Of a stretch of DNA of 64,000 nucleotides, positions 59,657 through 64,000 are shown piece after piece (position 1 is the stretch's first letter; every line of letters begins with the position of its first letter). The notes below the pieces were generated by a model, which did no database searches, was not told the origin of the DNA, and was given only the letters and a program-made list of their open reading frames with translations. Both the position numbers and the translations under genes were made by a program. Location: assembly GCF_044704955.1 (NCBI RefSeq), contig NW_027254589.1:124001-188000 (forward strand), given 5' to 3'. The stretch is from Pristiophorus japonicus. Its lineage: Eukaryota.

Positions 59657-61138
59657 TGTAAGGGGTGGTCTCTATGAGGGGGTCAGGTTCCCTTCTGTCC
59701 AACTTGAGCGGTTCGAATCACTTCCACTCCCTTGGGTTCTCGACTCTGGATTTATTTGGGGGATGTGACAAAGTGCAAAGGACAACTGGTTTGATGCAAA
59801 AGAACTTTGATTTTATTTTAGTCAAGAAATTACAAACTTATAATTACTCGAATAGGAAAGTACAATGTCAAAACTGATTCAAACTTATTAAAGAACAATA
59901 CCGTACACTCTCAGAGGGGGTTACAGTAGCTTATAATGACTCTAATAGAGAACAACACATTACATTCAAAGGGGGTTACAGTAGAATTATACCTCCCACC
60001 TCCCAATACCTAATTCTAGCTAGGTTAGACTCCAGGGCAGGCAGGGACTATGCTTACCAATCCTTTTGACAGTTAACGGTAGATCGCGGTTTCAGGGTTC
60101 GCTGGATGTGGTAGGGTCTGCTTGCCGTACCCCGAATGTTGGAGAAGACTTTCTGCTGCACAATCTTCAGTTGGGTTGAATCCGCTGATGCGGTAAGACG
60201 CGTTTTGGATCAGTGGGGTAAGTACCCGTTTTGTTTGGTTAGAAATAGGTTTCTACAGTCGTTAAGGTAATGTTTTACCCGTTGATAGGTCAGGATGAGA
60301 TTGTAGAGTGGAAACTTTTCGATTCTTCGTTTTTTTTCCCGTTGGAGTTTTGTTTCGAGTTTGGTCGATCGCGGTGGTTTTCCGTTGATACCACGTTGGT
60401 TGTGGTCGGTTGGTTGTGGCCGCGATGGTGATGTTCTTCCTTCCTTCAGGACTTCAGCCTTCAAGGCTGGAGAAGTTAATTTACAACTGTCGCATTTGGT
60501 TTCTCTGTTATATGGCAAAGTGTGTCATTCCCTCTGTTGAGACAGGGTGCCAGTTATACGGTTTGAGTGGTTCTAATCTTGGCGCCAAATCAGTTTAGAA
60601 TTCTTTGTTTAAATTTGGCAGGCTTGACTCTTTGTAATATTTTGGCGGGCTCGTTAAAAGTTGATATGTTTTGGCTGGGTTGATGTTAGAAAACTGTTTC
60701 CTGATGGAAATATTAGTTTGGTAAATGCAATGTCCTTTTGTGCTTAGTTTTTCGCATACAGGCTAGCTTGTGCCTCTTTGTGATGTATATGCTAAAATGG
60801 TTTTCCAGTTTCAAGTTGATGGTTAGCTATCTCTGGGTCATTTTGTAATGTTAATGTCTCTTGTGGAGAAGGATTCTCGAATACCCATTTCTCCAGACAG
60901 GCTACTTTAGTCCTCACACCCAGGTAGTCTCACTAATCAGGTTGTCTCCTGTCAGTTCTTTTAGGCCGCCCACAGCCTTGAATTTGTCTTGTAAAAGTTC
61001 AAAATTCTATTAAAGGTCATAGTTTCTTGTATTAGCACTTTAGGGTTCCAAACTCTTTGATAGATAGTCCCAAATTAAATTTCCTTTCGAATGAGCCCAA
61101 ACACAAGTGGGGGTTCTTGTGAATTTTGCACCCTTTCA
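59657..61138 (-). mobile_element. 3' LTR (~1.48 kb) of an endogenous retrovirus
   Basis: Minus-strand termini TGAAAGGG...CCCCTTACA, preceded by purine-rich AGTGGGGA, with AATAAA near 59812. It lies downstream of env. The partner LTR is outside the window. Confidence 0.7.
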
Positions 61139-61513
61139 GTCCCCACTATTGACACTCCATACTCTTGAGTGTCAATCAAGGTAAGCAAAATTCCCAAGAG
61201 TCAACCTTTCCTGCATTTATATTAGCTAAACATTACCCTGCATCCCCCGTTGAAATGTAATGCAATTTGCAGGCGAATATAATCATTACAATTCGGTTAG
61301 AGCATAGAGGGAGTGCCCCTCCTTTACTCGGTTTTCTCAGTCGAGTAACGGTATACAGTCAAACACAACTTTAAGTAAAATAAAATGAAAGCACATAGTA
61401 ACACATTCTCAAGTCAAACACATTTTAAGTTCAGTAAAATAAAGGTACATAGTCAAAACATTTTAAGTAACACTCACGATGTTGCGGTTTACAGCAGGTA
61501 AAATCAACACAAA

Positions 61514-63885
61514 TTAAACATGGCAGTATGGTGTCACCCCTCCCTGCGCGATTCCCAAGTTTGGCCAAGGAGCATACAGCACCCTTTGGTGCCTGACCTG
61601 ACGGCCTCTGCGTTTCACTCGGCAAGTGAGACACCATAAGTAAGGAATAATCGCGAGTTGGCAGATAACTAAAGTGTGGGAAGCGATTTGGATCCAGACT
61701 GGGACTTCTATATTTCTGAAAAAGTCCCACCAAGGTGGAATTGTGATCGCGAGAATCTGTTTCCCTATCTCAATTGTTTTCTGTTCTAGAGTGTAGAAGT
61801 GTTTTTGTGAGATAATTACAGCTTTTAGCAGAGCGGTAAGATGTTCGGGTAGAGGGGGAATTGCATAGCCAAAATGTACAACATAATCCTGCAGGTTTGT
61901 AATGTGTTCCTTCACAGTAAGGTGGACAGTGGAGGGTTCAGGAATGGGGACAATCTGTTCCTGGGCCACTTGAACTGATGCCTCAAGTTTGAAGCAAAAA
62001 CTGCTGTCACTTACCGGACACCAGAAGTGTCCATGTTGGTAGTGGGGTGCACTGGTGGTGACACAATATGTCCCACCCCCTATGTATGTTACCTGTGGAG
62101 GGACCTGGTTTTGTGCTGTTACCTCCATGGTGCAGTTAATAGACTGTGCGCCAGCAGCTTTAAACCCACACTGTGATTTTGAATGGGCACTGAAGTACTG
62201 GGGACACAGTATTACGTGTGCACCCCGGCTCCGACACCTGGAGAGGTCAGTACCCGTTACAGTGTGCTCCCACTTTATGACATAGGGTGGGACCGCTGTG
62301 AAACGAATGTGTGCACCTCCCTGAATAACTCCAATGTTCTCCACCCGGTATACCGGTGTGGGTCGGGCTGTCCCACCTATGACCAGCATCCTTAATACTA
62401 TCCCCATAATAGTGTGGTTAGATTTTCCACAGTCTACTGGGACAAGGTAGGCTTCAGAGGCTAGGCGGAGCTGGCACGGGCTTAGTGAATTGCTGTACGG
62501 GTGGAGGGCTGCGAGGTGCTTGTTCCTGATCTAAGAGGGGACTACACCTTGTTTTAAATCTTCCAGGTTGTTGCGGCCCTCTCCCAACAACCATGCCCCA
62601 TACAATACGCACACCTCGTTCTGTGCAGCCTGGTCAGAAGCGTTTCTATCCTCCCGTATGAGTGCATTCACTGTCTGTGCATGTTTTTCCAGCTCGGCCA
62701 CTATTTCCTTTAAATGGACAGTCATAGCCTGGTCCTCGTGTAGTTCTGAACCTACTACTGTATTCTCTTGTTTCAGGATTTTCCTCAATTGGTTCTTTAA
62801 ACCGTTTATCTGTGTTTGTAGTTGTATATCATCAAAGCTATTTATTACAGAGGATGCTGTATTGTAGGTAGTGAAAACGTAGTTTATGATTCCCCTCCTA
62901 GGTCTCCCCGAGCCCATGGTGTCCCTAGCGTTTAGGGTGTATAGATCTGCTTTGTCTACATTTCCAAAGCCTAACTCATAACATTTCTTGAACATGTCTC
63001 TAAGTAGGGCCTGGTATAGCAGCTCTGTTTCCTTCGGACACCATGCAGGCAGGTGTACCTCGGTAAGGTTTAAAATTACTGAAGCTATTGCATAATGTAC
63101 CCCCTGGTATAACACCTTCTCGGTCGGTACCAATACTAATCCGTTCCCAGGTCCCTTGGTGGTGGTAGGACACCTTTCTATTACTGTGTGTATTGGCGGG
63201 TTGTGGGCAGGGGTTTCTTAATATGTGCTCTAAGTTCAGTGGCGTTAATTGGGAGTGGGGAGTGTGGGACCACGCACCCGTGTAGGCTAGAATCCCACCC
63301 CATCCCTTCCCCTTCACCTTGCCATTGCCTGGCGAAGGCGATCGATATGCCTGCGGGACAAATACTCTCTGATCCCCACATGCAAACATAAATTCCTTGT
63401 TCGGATTCCCACCATTTGTCCCGACACACTTTTACTCCTCTTCCCTGTGTCCCCGTGATGGTGCGCTACGTATCATTACTGAGTCTTTCCCAGTCCGATT
63501 CCTGGTCCCATGCATCCTTGCTGAGTTTTCTGAGCCACCACCATCTTCCCAGGAGAATATTCCCTTTGCAAGTCAAACATACACGCTTTCCCTCTGTAAC
63601 ACTGACTCGGGCAGCGATGATCCGTATCCGGGGACATGGAACTGATGCCTCCTCGTAGGTAAAACCTTCCTGGCTGGAGTAGCGGATAGAGTTAGATCCC
63701 AGCCACCCTGGCCATCTTCCCTCGTGGGCGTAAACGGCGAGTTCTTCCACGTCTCGGGGGCCACCCTCAGTGGGTACGATCGGTGCTCTCCCTCCTGAAC
63801 ACCCGTAAATGAGGGATTCTTCCACGTCTCCTCGGTCACCGCTGCTCATCCCTATCAGGGCGAGTAGGAACAGGATCCTTTCCAT
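61514..63885 (-). pseudogene. env: Retroviral env-like class I fusion glycoprotein (two in-frame TAG stops, one frameshift near 63190)
   Basis: Splice acceptor TTTTCTGTGTACCCACAG 13 nt before the ATG, signal peptide MERILFLLALIGMSSG, furin RPRR followed by fusion peptide and heptad repeat, Cys-rich region, TM WIQIASHTLVICQLAIIPYLW, basic tail. Confidence 0.85.
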
Positions 63886-64000
63886 ATTGTTCTCCTTCCT
63901 GTGGGTACACAGAAAACCGATTGTCTAGCCCTGAGAAAGCTCTCTGGCTTGACAAAGGGGACCAATTTCCAATTTGGGCTCATAGTCTTTAATCGACTGG

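Noticed and set aside
62531-63468. Two TAG stops in env as APOBEC-type hypermutation
   Set aside because: Only two events and no consensus to compare; ordinary decay suffices.

Overview
Vertebrate genomic DNA, most likely a cartilaginous fish (shark or relative). That inference rests on the repeat content: CR1 LINEs with (TTCTATGT)n/(TTCTTATG)n tails, Deu-domain tRNA SINEs, Gypsy and Harbinger elements. Most of the window is transposon debris and C-rich minisatellite. The only host gene I can support is four + strand immunoglobulin V-set exons (22068-22421, 27380-27724, 42908-43255, 59098-59442). Each encodes a complete V domain with a germline-fused J-like strand (Y/S-G-x-G-T-x-L-N-V-T). All are phase 1-1, with no recognisable RSS and no constant-domain exon between them. 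Spliced in order they give an open 464-codon V-V-V-V frame, a candidate non-rearranging multi-VJ antigen-receptor-like gene. V2 and V4 show an exon-limited near-identity tract suggestive of gene conversion, and V3 ends at a GC splice donor. The right end holds the 3' half of an antisense endogenous retrovirus: a ~1.5-kb LTR and a non-gamma-type env with a possible N-terminal Ig-like domain. Also present are a nested Harbinger>Gypsy>solo-LTR stack with intact target-site duplications, a templated inverted duplication, a full-length two-ORF CR1, and several inverted-repeat structures. No database search was possible, so family names are motif-based and novelty is unverified.
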